In this document: positions 1-11,645 of the stretch, one piece after another | Layout of the letters: every line of letters starts with the position of its first letter | How positions within the stretch are numbered: the stretch's first letter is position 1 | Source: Octopus bimaculoides | Lineage: Eukaryota | Direction: 5' to 3' | DNA: 40,379 nt | NCBI RefSeq assembly: GCF_001194135.2 | Contig: NC_068994.1 | Span: forward strand, 27,841,043 to 27,881,421 | The notes under the pieces: generated by a model | Seen by the model: the letters and a program-made list of their open reading frames with translations, nothing else | Told to the model about the DNA's origin: nothing | Databases searched by the model: none | Program-made: the position numbers and the translations under genes

Positions 1-149
1 GTTGCCGGGACTTGCGTTGTCTTCTATTTACTTCTTTTTAAGTCTTTCCCCTCTCCTCGAAAGTGGAACAATCGAACTGAATTAATCTTTGCCTGGATGG
101 ATGGTCATCGGCGTTTGTTTTATACCTAATGTATATTGTATTTATATAT

Positions 150-283
150 ACGTGTGTGTATGTGTATGTGTGCGTGTGTATGTGCGTATGTGTGTGTGTG
201 TGTGTGTGTGTTTGTGTGTGTGTGAGAGAGAGAGAGTGAGAGAGAGAGAGTGAGAGAGAGAGTGAGAAAATGAGAGAGAGAGT

Positions 284-333
<50 letters not shown>
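150..333. repeat. Compound (TG)n/(AG)n microsatellite
   Basis: Direct inspection. Confidence 0.95.
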
Positions 334-911
334 TTATATGGAAATTATATTATATACTACAGTATCCAAGCCGTCAATATTGATGGAGTTGTTGCAAAAA
401 TTACCGATGAAAGTTTATAATTAAAGGATGAAGTAAATAAAAATGCCAGAATAGCAGGATAATTTAAAAAGTTACACTTATCACTCCTAAAATACCATAT
501 AGGTATGATTCATTGCACAAGTTCACGAAGAACAATATTTCTTACGTAGAAATTAAGAGGTACTAACACACATTGGCCTTCTAAATTTTGAATGTACAAT
601 TTCAAAGTGTTCGTAACCCTAACCCAGGTCAGGTCATTTCACGATGTAGGTTACAGACTCCATGGTAGACTGAACGCTAAAGTAGCATTGACATTTCTTA
701 TGACTGTTGCGATACTGGACGAATCATCTGAATTTATGAACATTAAGACGTTATAAGACAATAAAGATAGCAGGTTCCAAAAATAAAATACGATAAAATA
801 AAATAAACAGAACAGCTCCAGCAAGTTGTTCTGAAATCTATTTGTTCTGAAATCTCTTTGCTGATGTGCTGCAGCTTGACACATGTGAAAGAAAATTAAA
901 TTACGTGTTAA

Positions 912-1433
912 AAGCAGCTCTAGTAATGTAAACATTATCGGTCGCACATACTTAGTGTATGGGTTTTGTTTAAATAGCTATTTCGTACGGGATGATGTCC
1001 AGGGAAAGCTCCCTACACGACACCGAGTTTTGAAGAACACCGAGTGACCCAGACTAGGCGAGACAACTCGCCCCTTGCTGATCGAGATGTGCTACCAATA
1101 ATGATTATGTTACTATAGCTGCTTTTAATTTGTAGCTCTGTAGACTTCACTCTATTTGCATATAAGTCCAAGACCAGCGATTCATTTCGTTTCGAGGTAA
1201 TCCGTGTACATGGTATTAATAAGCCACAATAATGGTGAAATATCGATATCTACCATTCTCAATCACTTAGGGGTGAGTTGTCTCACCTAATCTGCGTCAC
1301 CCGGTATCCTCTAAAACTCAGCGTCGTGTAGGAAGCTTTCCTCGGTCGCTAACCCCGCAGCAAGCGGGAGCTTAAACAAAGCCCATACACTATGTATGTG
1401 CGAACGATAATATTTACGTTACTCGAGCTGCTT
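912..1433. mobile_element. TTAA-flanked fold-back / MITE-like inverted-repeat element
   Basis: 908-973 vs revcomp 1372-1437 match at 60/66 nt. 999-1075 vs revcomp 1269-1345 match at 63/77 nt without gaps. TTAA lies at 908-911 and 1434-1437. A third copy of the terminus is at 1110-1128. Confidence 0.8.
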
Positions 1434-1503
1434 TTAATTCATATTATATATATATAAAGCCTTGTGAGTGGATTTGGTAGACGGAAACTGTAAGAAGCCC
1501 GTC

Positions 1504-1548
<45 letters not shown>

Positions 1549-2857
1549 CATATGATGATATCACCACAATGTGTTGATGAGAAAAGCATGTAATCACTAC
1601 CTGAAGATGTGTAAGGTAAATTATATATTTGACTTGAATTTGACAGTTAAATATAGCCTTATACAGAAATGTTGACATAGGAATAAACTTCAATANNNNN
1701 NNNNNNNNNNNNNNNNNNNNNNNNNNNNNNNNNNNNNNNNNNNNNNNNNNNNNNNNNNNNNNNNNNNNNNNNNNNNNNNNNNNNNNNNNNNNNNNNNNNN
1801 NNNNNNNNNNNNNNNNNNNNNNNNNNNNNNNNNNNNNNNNNNNNNNNNNNNNNNNNNNNNNNNNNNNNNNNNNNNNNNNNNNNNNNNNNNNNNNNNNNNN
1901 NNNNNNNNNNNNNNNNNNNNNNNNNNNNNNNNNNNNNNNNGAGTGTGTGTGTGTGTGTGCTTGTGTGTGTGTGTGTGTGTGTGTGTACGTGTGTGTGTGT
2001 GTGTGTGTGTGTTTGTCCCCCTCCATCGCTTGACAATTGATGTCCCCGTAACTAGAGAGAGAGAGAGCGAGAGAGAGAGATAAACACACAAACAAACGTA
2101 TATGACGGATTATATAGAGCCTCGAACCTTACAGTATTTGTTCCGACTCTCCTTGCTCTGACTTCAACGATATCAACTTTACCTTTCATTCTTTCTGGGT
2201 CGATAAATAATGTTCCGCTTCAGAACGGTCGATTGGAAGAATTACTTGGACAGAGTATATTAATACCTTATACAGACTCCTAATTCAGTCTTACCGCTAA
2301 TCTCTTCAAACTCTCGGCAATAAATATCCATTTATTCCGAAACTTTATCAGAAGCAATTCTACATCACTTTCTTTTTATACTTCAGTATTATAGAATTTA
2401 ATTTATAACTTAGATTAAATAATTCTTTCTAATTTTAAATCATACCCAGAAAGTTGAAAACTGTGCAGTCTTTGTACTACAGAGGTCCGTGAAATTATTT
2501 TTGCTGAAGCTCTTACTCTTGACATATATTTACTAAGAATTATATCATGTCTTCACAAGATTTTTAGACTCTTCCCCGCTTTTTACTACTAAATATATGT
2601 ATTTATATATATTTACGCTGTTCACAGAATTAGCCTCGATTAGTGCCTTTTAAATCTTATACGAATTGTTACTACATCTCTCACTCAGGTATAAATATGT
2701 CAGGCAATCTCTATTTTTAGCTAACACACCTTCCAAAATTCCAAAAAATCATTGATACTCATATAGTTTATTAACATTTACATTCATATATCAACCTGAA
2801 TCTCATCCAATTTCTGTATCCATTATTTTAATAACTAGCACTGTCTTGTAAACTTAC

Positions 2858-2960
<103 letters not shown>

Positions 2961-3261
2961 ATACAAACACATGTATGTATTGCAAAATTCGAGTGAAGTA
3001 TAATTATTTCGTTTTGTGCAATATTTAATTTGAAATTAGATATTTAAATATTTAGTTACTAATTAAATACATATATTCCAACTGAAATTGTTTTGTAGTA
3101 GTAGTAGTATACTCTAAACAGGAACATCTATGCAGTAGATTCAACCAGCTAGAAATAGTAGCAAAATCTTTCACATCACGCATATAAACACACAAACATA
3201 CAAACACTTTATTTACATTATTTACATTTGACGGATATTTGTTCTCATCTTGTTTGTTGTT

Positions 3262-3304
3262 AACACGTTTCGGCTGATATACCCTCCACCTTTCATCAGG
3301 TGTC
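3262..3304 (-). ncRNA. Hammerhead-ribozyme-like motif (minimal type I, PLE-associated), apparently decayed
   Basis: Minus strand: GACAC-CUGAUGA-aagguggaggguauaucagcc-GAAA-C-GUGUU. The core boxes and stem I (GACAC/GUGUU) are intact. Stem II is imperfect, and there is no room for a stem III/NUH cleavage triplet. Confidence 0.55.
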
Positions 3305-3351
3305 CTGGAGAAATTTCGAACCTGGGTTCTGATTCCTAAGGTATTTTTCGA

Positions 3352-3359
3352 TGTTGTTG

Positions 3360-3427
<68 letters not shown>
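3352..3427. repeat. (GTT)n(ATT)n microsatellite inside the Penelope 3' region
   Basis: Direct inspection. Confidence 0.95.
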
Positions 3428-3430
<3 letters not shown>

Positions 3431-3431
<1 letters not shown>

Positions 3432-3505
3432 TCACTGCCTGGAATCGGAATCGAACTCGGAATCTTGGGGTTAAGAGCGCGGGCTCTTAACCACTATATG
3501 CCTGT
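3431..3505 (-). other. tRNA-like (Pol III A/B box) cassette in the Penelope 3' region
   Basis: The minus strand reads GGCATATAGTGGTTAAGAGC (A-box-like) ... GAGTTCGATTCC (B-box-like, 3458-3447). It includes a perfect 10-bp stem (3469-3478/3483-3492). It is not a functional tRNA. Confidence 0.6.
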
Positions 3506-3669
3506 GGGCAATTATGGGGGATGAAGTTAAAATAATAGACAGAGAACACCACTAGAAAATATGAAAACTAAAAGAAGTAAACTAAGGACACGACAGCCTT
3601 CTAAGCAGACCGAGTGCAGATATGAGCAGCATATGGGAAACGGTATTAAGGAAGGATAGGAAAATAATA

Positions 3670-3754
3670 CCCTTATTTTGAGGGGGCGACATGTTTCGCC
3701 GTTGTATAACCTACCACAGCTGCATGGGATGGAGTACACGCAGTTCCTAGTCAT
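3670..3754 (-). pseudogene. GIY-YIG endonuclease N-terminal half of the Penelope element (truncated)
   Basis: NCVYSIPCSCGRLYNGETCRPLKIR corresponds to the VY..C.C...YIGET.R motif. It lies directly downstream of the RT thumb (TVCLPYVKG) in a shifted frame, and homology stops after the conserved Arg. Confidence 0.85.
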
Positions 3755-3830
3755 ATTCTCTTCTACTGGTGGTTTTACTGGAAAGAGATATTTGCGAAGT
3801 GTTGTATTATTTTTGAATACTGTCCTGACG

Positions 3831-5400
3831 TCATATGGGCCGCATATTTTTTTGTATCTTTTCGGAAAAGCCTTTCACATAGGGTAGACAGACTGTGGAC
3901 AGTTTATCGGTTTCATCCTCTCTTTTCTTCATAATTGGAGTGGAGAGTATGCTTCTGGGGTAGTTGTTGCTTAATAGATTGTTACTGAGCTTGATTATTT
4001 CTTCATAGTGGGTATCACGATCGCTACTTATATTCATTGCTCGATGTTTTAGGTACTGAGCAATCCCTCTCTTTACACTGTATGGATGGTGAGAGTTGAA
4101 ATTGAGGTATCGTCCAGTGAAGGTCAGCTTGCAGTATACAGATGTCCTGAATCCATACTTGGTGTATATTATTAATACGTCCAGAAATGCTAGCTGATTG
4201 TCATTTTCTTTTTCCATTGTGAATTGTATGGATAGCTTTATTGAGTTCACATGATCTAACAGCACTTGGACATCTTCCTGGTGGGGCCAGAGTATGAAGG
4301 TATCATCAACATATCGCAGCCATAGGGTTGGTTTTAGTGGTGTTGACCCTAAAGCCAGATTCTCAAAGTATTCCATGTATATATTGGCTATTATCGGTGA
4401 TAATGGCGAACCCATAGCTAAACCCTCTTTTTGTCGATATATATCAGTGTCCATACTGAAATAAGTAGTTTCTACACAGAAGGTCAACATTTTTATCAAG
4501 TTTCTTATTGGTATACTAGTGCGTTCTTTTAGATGGGTGCCTGTCACTAGTTTTTCTTGAATCACCGATAGTGCTTCACCAGTTGGGACCTTAGTGAACA
4601 GACTTATCACATCTAGACTCACCATCTGGTTGGATTCAATGGAGGTATCCTTGATCAATTCTGTGAAGTGGGTGGAATTCTTCACATACGATGTTGACTT
4701 TCCTGCTAATGGACTGATTATATCCACAAGGAAGCGACTCAGTGGATAACATGCTCACTATAGGTCTTAATGGAATACCCTCCTTGTGAATCTTAGGAAG
4801 ACCGTACATGTGTGGTAGTTTAGTGTAGTGTTGAGTCAGTTGTCTGTACTTCATTGGTGTAAAGTGATCCTTGTTCTTGATCAAGATCTGTGACAACTTC
4901 CTCTCTGTTTTCAAAGTAGGGTCTTTCTTTACTTTGCTGTAGCTACCATTACTTATAAGACTTGCCAGTTTTTCCGAGTAGTCAGACTTGTTCATCACTA
5001 CTGTAGCATTTCCCTTGTCTGCTGGAAGTATTATGATGGAATTGTCACTCTGTAGTTTTTTGATAGCGAACGTTTCTTCATTAGTGATGTTTGGTTTGGA
5101 AAGTTTTGCTTTTTCTAGTACCTGTCTCACTTTCCACCTTAGTTCATCTCCCTGCGCTTTTGGTATCTTTATGACTATCTCTTCAATAGTGGTTATGTCT
5201 AAGTATGAAATGCGCTTGATGGTTGTCGCAAAGTTGAGACCTTGGTTTAGTACTGCTTCTTCAGAGCTTTCTAGATGTCGGTTACTTACATTAATTACTA
5301 CTTTCACAGGTGGGTGAGGGACTCCAGTCTTCATTCTCTGACCTTTGAGTTTCATAAACTTCTTAATCTGGCGTGTCTTCACCACTTCAAATTCTTTCAT
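3831..5400 (-). pseudogene. Penelope-type reverse transcriptase, split by a frameshift near 4727
   Basis: ORF 4636-5400 has LNQGLNFA, ILPADKGNATVVM and YGLPKIHKEGIPLRPIVS. ORF 3831-4727 has SLDVISLFT, GLAMGSPLSPIIANIYME, RYVDDTF, LAFLDV and YLNFNSHHP. These are PLE RT motifs. Confidence 0.92.
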
Positions 5401-5541
5401 GTATGACTTTTTTAGATCTTGCTGGATTCTATTTTATATGTAAATAATGTTGGATTCTCTTTTATAATGTAAATAATGTACATAATACCTCATCTCTTAT
5501 ATATAGAACTGGATACAAATACTTGTTCGAAAACATACGCA

Positions 5542-5580
<39 letters not shown>

Positions 5581-6265
5581 CATACATATACAAACATACG
5601 CACACATAAATATACAAATATACTTAAGTTTATGCACATATATGCATATTGTTACATTAGGTCTGTGTTCATATTATATGCCTCAATTTTCAGGATTTCT
5701 TCCCCGCAACATTGAAAGTTTCTAGACGTACGTAGAATACAGTAGTATGCTCATAACATACACAATGAAGTTGCTGTTGTTGTTGTTGCTGCTGCTAAGC
5801 CCTCGGTCAGCCTTGACTGAACAAACGTATGATGAAAAGTGTTCCAGCCATAACCACTCAGTCTTTTATACTTATATAGGATATCCAGGACTACATCCTC
5901 CAATGTAGCCCTCCTCATTTTTTAAGAGAGTAGGAGGAGTGATTTGAGGGAGGTTTAGCAGCTATTTCTAACATCTTGAGTCTTTCGAGTTTCCTTATAG
6001 AAATTCTTACATCGGTTTCTAATTGTGTTTCATTTGAATGGAAACATCACAAAATATTAACTCATTCAGGTACATATGTCTGTGAGTTAGTAGACTATGG
6101 TTGGGATCGGTTCCTGCATCAAAGTATGCTGTGGCGGAGCAGTCTCTCAGTAAACTTTAATTGAAGAGATGATAACCTCTATAATAGGCAACTTGAAGAG
6201 GTGTCAGGTGAGACATGATGGGAGGTTTTGTTTATATCAATGACAATATTGCTTCCATCACAGTA

Positions 6266-7547
6266 TTGATCATACCATAAATAATGCGGTCTTTTTATAT
6301 TTCTTTCATATTCCAAAATCAAGATAAACAAATTTTTTTTAAATCTGAAATATAGTCTCCTTCATTTTCTACAATGCTCTTCCGTCTATCTGGTAGACTT
6401 GAAAGGCCCCTCTTCCAAAATCACTTGTCCCTGACGAAAAATACTCTCCAAGTAGTGTTCTGACCTCGTTTACAGAATTCATATTTTCTCCGTCCAAAAT
6501 TTTGAAGACTGCGGAATAAATGATAATCAGATGGGGCAATGTCCGGCGAATATGGTGGGTGAAGCATCGTTTCCCATTCAAACTACTCCAGTCTTTGGAA
6601 TGTCATCCTCGCTGTTTGTGGCCGAGCATTATCCTGATGGAAGAACACCTTTTGTCTTGAAACCAAAGACAGTCGTTTTTCTTATAGCGCTGACTTAAGC
6701 CGCCCAAGCTGCTCGCAGTAGATCTTTGTTATCGTTTGGTTTGGGTTTAAAAGTTCAAAGTGAACTGAACCTTTCATATTCCACCAAACAGATAACAACA
6801 CCTTACGTAGGTGAAGACCTTCTTTAGCCTGCGGTGCGGCTGTTTCTCCTTTTTCTGCTCACTGTCTCCGGCGCTTGACATTTTTATAGAGAACCCATTT
6901 TTCGACACCAGTCACTATTCGGTCCCCCAAAAGTTCATTCGTGAGACGTGACAGCTAAGAAGAGCACACATTCACTTTCTGCACGCGATTAGAATCGGAA
7001 AGTTTGTGAGGAAACCAGTGAACCAATTTGCTGACTTTTCCGATGGCATGCAGGTGTCGATGAATGGTTGAATTACCAAATCCAAGTTTCTCTGCTAGCT
7101 AGTTCTTCAACAGTTACAATGGGATTTTGTTCCACCAGAGTTTGCAAGACGTCCTCGTCGAGCTCTACAGATCTCCCAGGACGAGTCTCATCTCCTAGGC
7201 TGTAGTTTCCGGCTCGGAATTTCGGGAACTACAGTTGACACTGGCTTACGCTTATTGTCCTAACTCCATATACTGTATTAATATTCCTCGCACTTTCTGT
7301 TGCGTTGATGCCTTTATGGAACTCAAAGCAAAATGTGCCGAATATGCTCCTTTGTCACGTTCATTATAGCTTTGAAAAAATAACTGTTAAAAATCGAACT
7401 GCACTCTTCAAAACTTGCACTAAGAATAAGGACATGGTAAACTTACTACCTGTTTTTATAGCAAATTGATGCAAGTAGTTTATCCCGCCCCCTCCGACTT
7501 TTACTTCATGCAACTGAAAAAACCGCATTATTTATGAGATGACCCAC
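6266..7547 (-). mobile_element. Full-length (about 1.28 kb) mariner relic, transposase inactivated
   Basis: Imperfect TIRs share CATAAATAATGCGG, with TA at 6264-65 and 7548-49. Minus-strand fragments include FHKGINATESARNI, RIVTGVEKWVLY, HQDNARP and HPPYSPDIAPSDYHLFRSL, interrupted by stops and frameshifts. Confidence 0.92.
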
Positions 7548-8531
7548 TATATATGTGTCTGTCTGTATGTATGAATGTATATGTATCTACGCGCGTTCAT
7601 GTGTGTGTAATGGATATGTGCGTACGTGCAGGTGTGTGAGGGGAGTGAATGTGAAATAGAAATTAAAACTTTTGTAGGGTTTGTGAATTAATTATTTGAA
7701 AGGATCTACTAAAACAAAATCTGCTGGAGACTAATTTCTAATTACAGAATGAAGAAAGTGCTTTTTTAAAGTCGTCTGCCTTTGGGTGTTGAGATTTAGG
7801 TATTGTGGACAAAGTCCTTTATCAGAAAAAGATAAGTATTTCATCATCCTTAATCTATAAGAACGTGGACATACTGGACCGCAACGGGATGTGGCCGAAA
7901 ATTAGTTGTTTGCATATAACGTGGAAAAGTGGAGGCCGGAGAAACAGGGGAAATCTGAGAGTGAATGAGAAGAACGAGAAGCAAGAAGGTTAGAACAGGA
8001 AGGCAGGGGAAATTATTGATTAGTTTAACGCAGGCATAGGGCGTTGCTGGTTGGTCAATTATCATGGGAAGATGTTTGCCAATAGACGCTTGTACACAAA
8101 TATACATAGGAATAACTGGAATTAGGCTGCTAGTTCGAAAATATACGTCCACTCTCACACACAACTGCACACAGACATACACAGAGAGAAACACACACAT
8201 GAAAAGTGCACAGATACATATTTATATAAATGAATTCACACGCACACGCACACGTACATACACATCGACAGTAGAATCTGTACTATCAGCTCACATGTTC
8301 TTTTACGCACACTTACACACCAGCACACACACACACATGCACAGGAGTACTATATCTTGCAGTAACCAATGAAGTATGTGTGCATGACATTCGCTAGTAT
8401 GCAAAGTGGGCACCTGTAATACTGATGAACATATAAATATAGCCGTAATAGACACATGCGCGCGCATTTATATATACTCAAAATAAAATGTAACAATATT
8501 AGTTTCAAATTTTGGCTGATACTTCTTTTAA

Positions 8532-8600
8532 TGACCCCGAAAGTATGAAAGGCAAAGTCGACCACGGCAGAATTTGAACTCAGATCGTAAAGACAGGCAG
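8532..8600 (-). repeat. Family B SINE fragment in intron 2
   Basis: GACCCCGAAAGTATGAAAGGCAAAGTCGACC...GAATTTGAACTCAG matches the 21723-21938 copy. Confidence 0.75.
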
Positions 8601-8699
8601 AAAAATGACGGAAGCTAAACAGAAGAAAAGACAAAGTAAAATCCCAACAGAGGTTGAAAAAACATATAATGAAGCAGAATACAATAAGTGACTGAGGAA

Positions 8700-8940
8700 T
8701 ATGTGGTAATGAAGAAGAAACAATAAATTATTTTAGTTAAGAAGGAATATATCCAAAGACATGACAAGGGTGGGACTTCCACTCGATGTTGTGCCAGACT
8801 ATGGAATGCCAACTGAGAAAATATGGTATAGTCATACACATAAAAGTGTCTCAGAAAATGACAAACCAAACATGCTCTGGGATACGCCAATACACATAGA
8901 CGAAGACATCAAGATTAATCAACCAGATATTGTTAGCGAG
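8700..8940 (+). mobile_element. RLE-type non-LTR retrotransposon fragment (endonuclease region, R4/Dong-like)
   Basis: YIQRHDK followed, after a frameshift, by KIWYSHTHKSVSENDKPNMLWDTPIHIDEDIKINQPDIV. This matches the RH..., W..H.P, WD..I.TD and RPD.V motifs of restriction-like endonuclease LINEs. Confidence 0.75.
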
Positions 8941-8990
8941 AAATTCAGATGGCGACAGAATGGATTATCTCCTTCGGCTGAATATATGCA

Positions 8991-9037
<47 letters not shown>

Positions 9038-9482
9038 GNNNNNNNNNNNNNNNNNNNNNNNNNNNNNNNNNNNNNNNNNNNNNNNNNNNNNNNNNNNNNN
9101 NNNNNNNNNNNNNNNNNNNNNNNNNNNNNNNNNNNNNNNNNNNNNNNNNNNNNNNNNNNNNNNNNNNNNNNNNNNNNNNNNNNNNNNNNNNNNNNNNNNN
9201 NNNNNNNNNNNNNNNNNNNNNNNNNNNNNNNNNNNNNNNNNNNNNNNNNNNNNNNNNNNNNNNNNNNNNNNNNNNNNNNNNNNNNNNNNNNNNNNNNNNN
9301 NNNNNNNNNNNNNNNNNNNNNNNNNNNNNNNNNNNNNNNNNNNNNNNNNNNNNNNNNNNNNNNNNNNNNNNNNNNNNNNNNNNNNNNNNNNNNNNNNNNN
9401 NNNNNNNNNNNNNNNNNNNNNNNNNNNNNNNNNNNNNNNNNNNNNNNNNNNNNNNNNNNNNNNNNNNNNNNNNNNNNNNNNN

Positions 9483-9803
9483 TATATGATCAAAATATAA
9501 TCTATGAGATGCCAGTCGTTAGATCTTGGGTGCATCCAGGTGGTTTTATATTTATTTTTCTGCTTAAATAGAGTGTTCGTAACAATCGGATTATTCTCAG
9601 TATAAAACACCAAAACAACTACATTTTTATTACATTTTCCAATCCAATGTCGGCCATGAAACGTAGTCATTTCCAACTCTTGCGTTGAAATCTCCCAATA
9701 TGACCAGCTTGTCAGAAATTGGTACTTTTCTCAATTATTGTGCTAGAAGTACATATATACTGACAACGTTAAGAAACCTACCTTTTGTCAGTTTTATACG
9801 ACA
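9483..9803 (-). mobile_element. RTE LINE apurinic endonuclease segment, inverted relative to the adjacent RT
   Basis: Minus-strand fragments are RIKLTKGRFLNVVSIY, KVPISDKLVILGDFNARVGNDY and TNTLFKQKNKYKTTWMHPRSNDWHLIDYILI. These are APE motifs typical of the RTE clade. The segment runs into an N-gap. Confidence 0.88.
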
Positions 9804-11645
9804 AATTGGAAAGGTACTTGCCCGCATTCTGTTAGAACGTTTAAATACCATCATAGTTCCAAATATAGTCTTTTAGTCTCAACGTGGTTTTTGCTCCTCC
9901 TTGGGCACAGTTGATTTTATCTTTACTATCACACAATTACAAGAAAAGTGCACTGAACAAAATCTTGCACTATATCATTGCTTTGTTGATTTAAGCAAGG
10001 CATTCGATATTGTTAATCAAAATGCTCTGTGGCTAATTCTAAGGAAAATAGGTTGCCCAGAAAAATTTGTAAACATGATCAAGATATAAAGGCTAGAGTT
10101 AAGTTTGCTGGTAGGCCCTCTGAATCTTTTGCCGTGGGAAATGGAGTAAAGCAAGGAGACCTTGATGCACCCACCCTCTTTGCAATATACTTTGCTGTTG
10201 TGCTGTCACACACTTTTCAAAACTCCGAGGAGAGTATTTACAGAAAGTATCGAACAGGGAATGCTTTAATTTGACCAAAGTTTTTACTTCACTCATTAAG
10301 GAACTCTTATACGCTGATGATTGCGATCTAGTCAGTCACTCTGAAACAGACCTACAATCTCTTGTATCTGTAGTTGACTCAGCTTGTGATGATTTTGGCT
10401 TGACTAACAACTTGAAAAAAAAACAGCTGTAATATATCAACCTGCACGTGGTGCTGTTTGCAACCCCACTAAAATTTTCGTCAAGGGTAAGTTACTTAAA
10501 GATGTTGACTCTTTCATCTACTTTGGAAGCTCTGTACAAGATGATGGAAATCTGGACACAAATACATCTGCGAATTCAAAGGGCAGCGCAAGCGTTTGGT
10601 GGTTTGAAGTCACGCGTTTGACGCCAACGACATATAAATAACAACACAAAATTGGCTCTTTACAAATCGTTTGTCTTACCATCCCTNNNNNNNNNNCCTC
10701 TTTGCAATATACTTTGCTGTTGTGCTGTCACACACTTTTCAAAACTCCGAGGAGAGTATTTACAGAAAGTATCGAACAGGGAATGCTTTAATTTGACCAA
10801 AGTTTTTACTTCACTCATTAAGGAACTCTTATACGCTGATGATTGCGATCTAGTCAGTCACTCTGAAACAGACCTACAATCTCTTGTATCTGTAGTTGAC
10901 TCAGCTTGTGATGATTTTGGCTTGACTAACAACTTGAAAAAAAAACAGCTGTAATATATCAACCTGCACGTGGTGCTGTTTGCAACCCCACTAAAATTTT
11001 CGTCAAGGGTAAGTTACTTAAAGATGTTGACTCTTTCATCTACTTTGGAAGCTCTGTACAAGATGATGGAAATCTGGACACAAATACATCTGCGAATTCA
11101 AAGGGCAGCGCAAGCGTTTGGTGGTTTGAAGTCACGCGTTTGACGCCAACGACATATAAATAACAACACAAAATTGGCTCTTTACAAATCGTTTGTCTTA
11201 CCATCCCTGTTGTATTCTTCTGAAACATGGACTTGTTATGAAAGACATTTCAAATTGTTAGAATGATTCCACCAAAAATGCCTTCGCTGCATTTTAAACA
11301 TTAAATGGGGCTCCTTTTTACTCCATATACAGGTGTCTTTGTATCTGCAGGCATCAATGAATCTGAATAACCAAATGAGATGGTCTAGCCATATTGTTCG
11401 AATGGCGGATGAACGCACACCCAAACAGCTATTTCATGGCGAGCTTGCAGAGGGGAAACGCAATCGGTGTGAACCTAAGAAGAGGTTTAAAGACAGTATA
11501 GGGACTACTATGAAGTCACTTGGAATGGATCCAAAGGCCATAGAAACCCTTGCTTCGGAAAATAGTAGCTGAAAAACAGGAAAAAAAAACAAACTAAAAG
11601 CAGTAGAAATGCACGAACGATTGTGGTAGTGCCATGAAGTAAACA
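9804..11645 (+). mobile_element. RTE LINE RT and 3' portion, degenerate
   Basis: Fragments include IGKVLARILLERL, SQRGF, QLQEKCTEQN, FVDLSKAFD, GVKQGDLDAPTLFAIYF, ELLYADDCDLV and RWSSHIVRMADERTPKQLFHGELAEGKRNRCEPKKRFKD. It contains a 512-bp duplication around a 10-N gap. Confidence 0.92.

Larger units (their letters stand above)
3205..5480 (-). mobile_element. Penelope-like retroelement (RT + GIY-YIG), frameshifted and truncated
   Basis: Contains the RT and GIY-YIG pieces listed separately, a 3' region with a hammerhead-like motif, and a 15-bp inverted copy of the terminal sequence at the 5' junction. Confidence 0.88.

Noticed and set aside
614-625. TAACCCTAACCC telomere-like repeat
   Set aside because: Only two units, which is expected by chance.
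651-947. 98-aa hydrophobic ORF as a receptor TM exon
   Set aside because: It has no TM5-7 prostanoid motifs. The hydrophobicity comes from T-rich sequence, and its start overlaps the fold-back element.
4988-5317. 109-aa plus-strand ORF (also 3678-3887)
   Set aside because: Antisense shadow of the Penelope ORF.
10175-11208. 512-bp tandem duplication inside the RTE element (10175-10686 and 10697-11208)
   Set aside because: The copies look identical and are separated by exactly 10 N. This is the signature of overlapping contig ends joined by a minimal gap, so it is most likely an assembly artefact.
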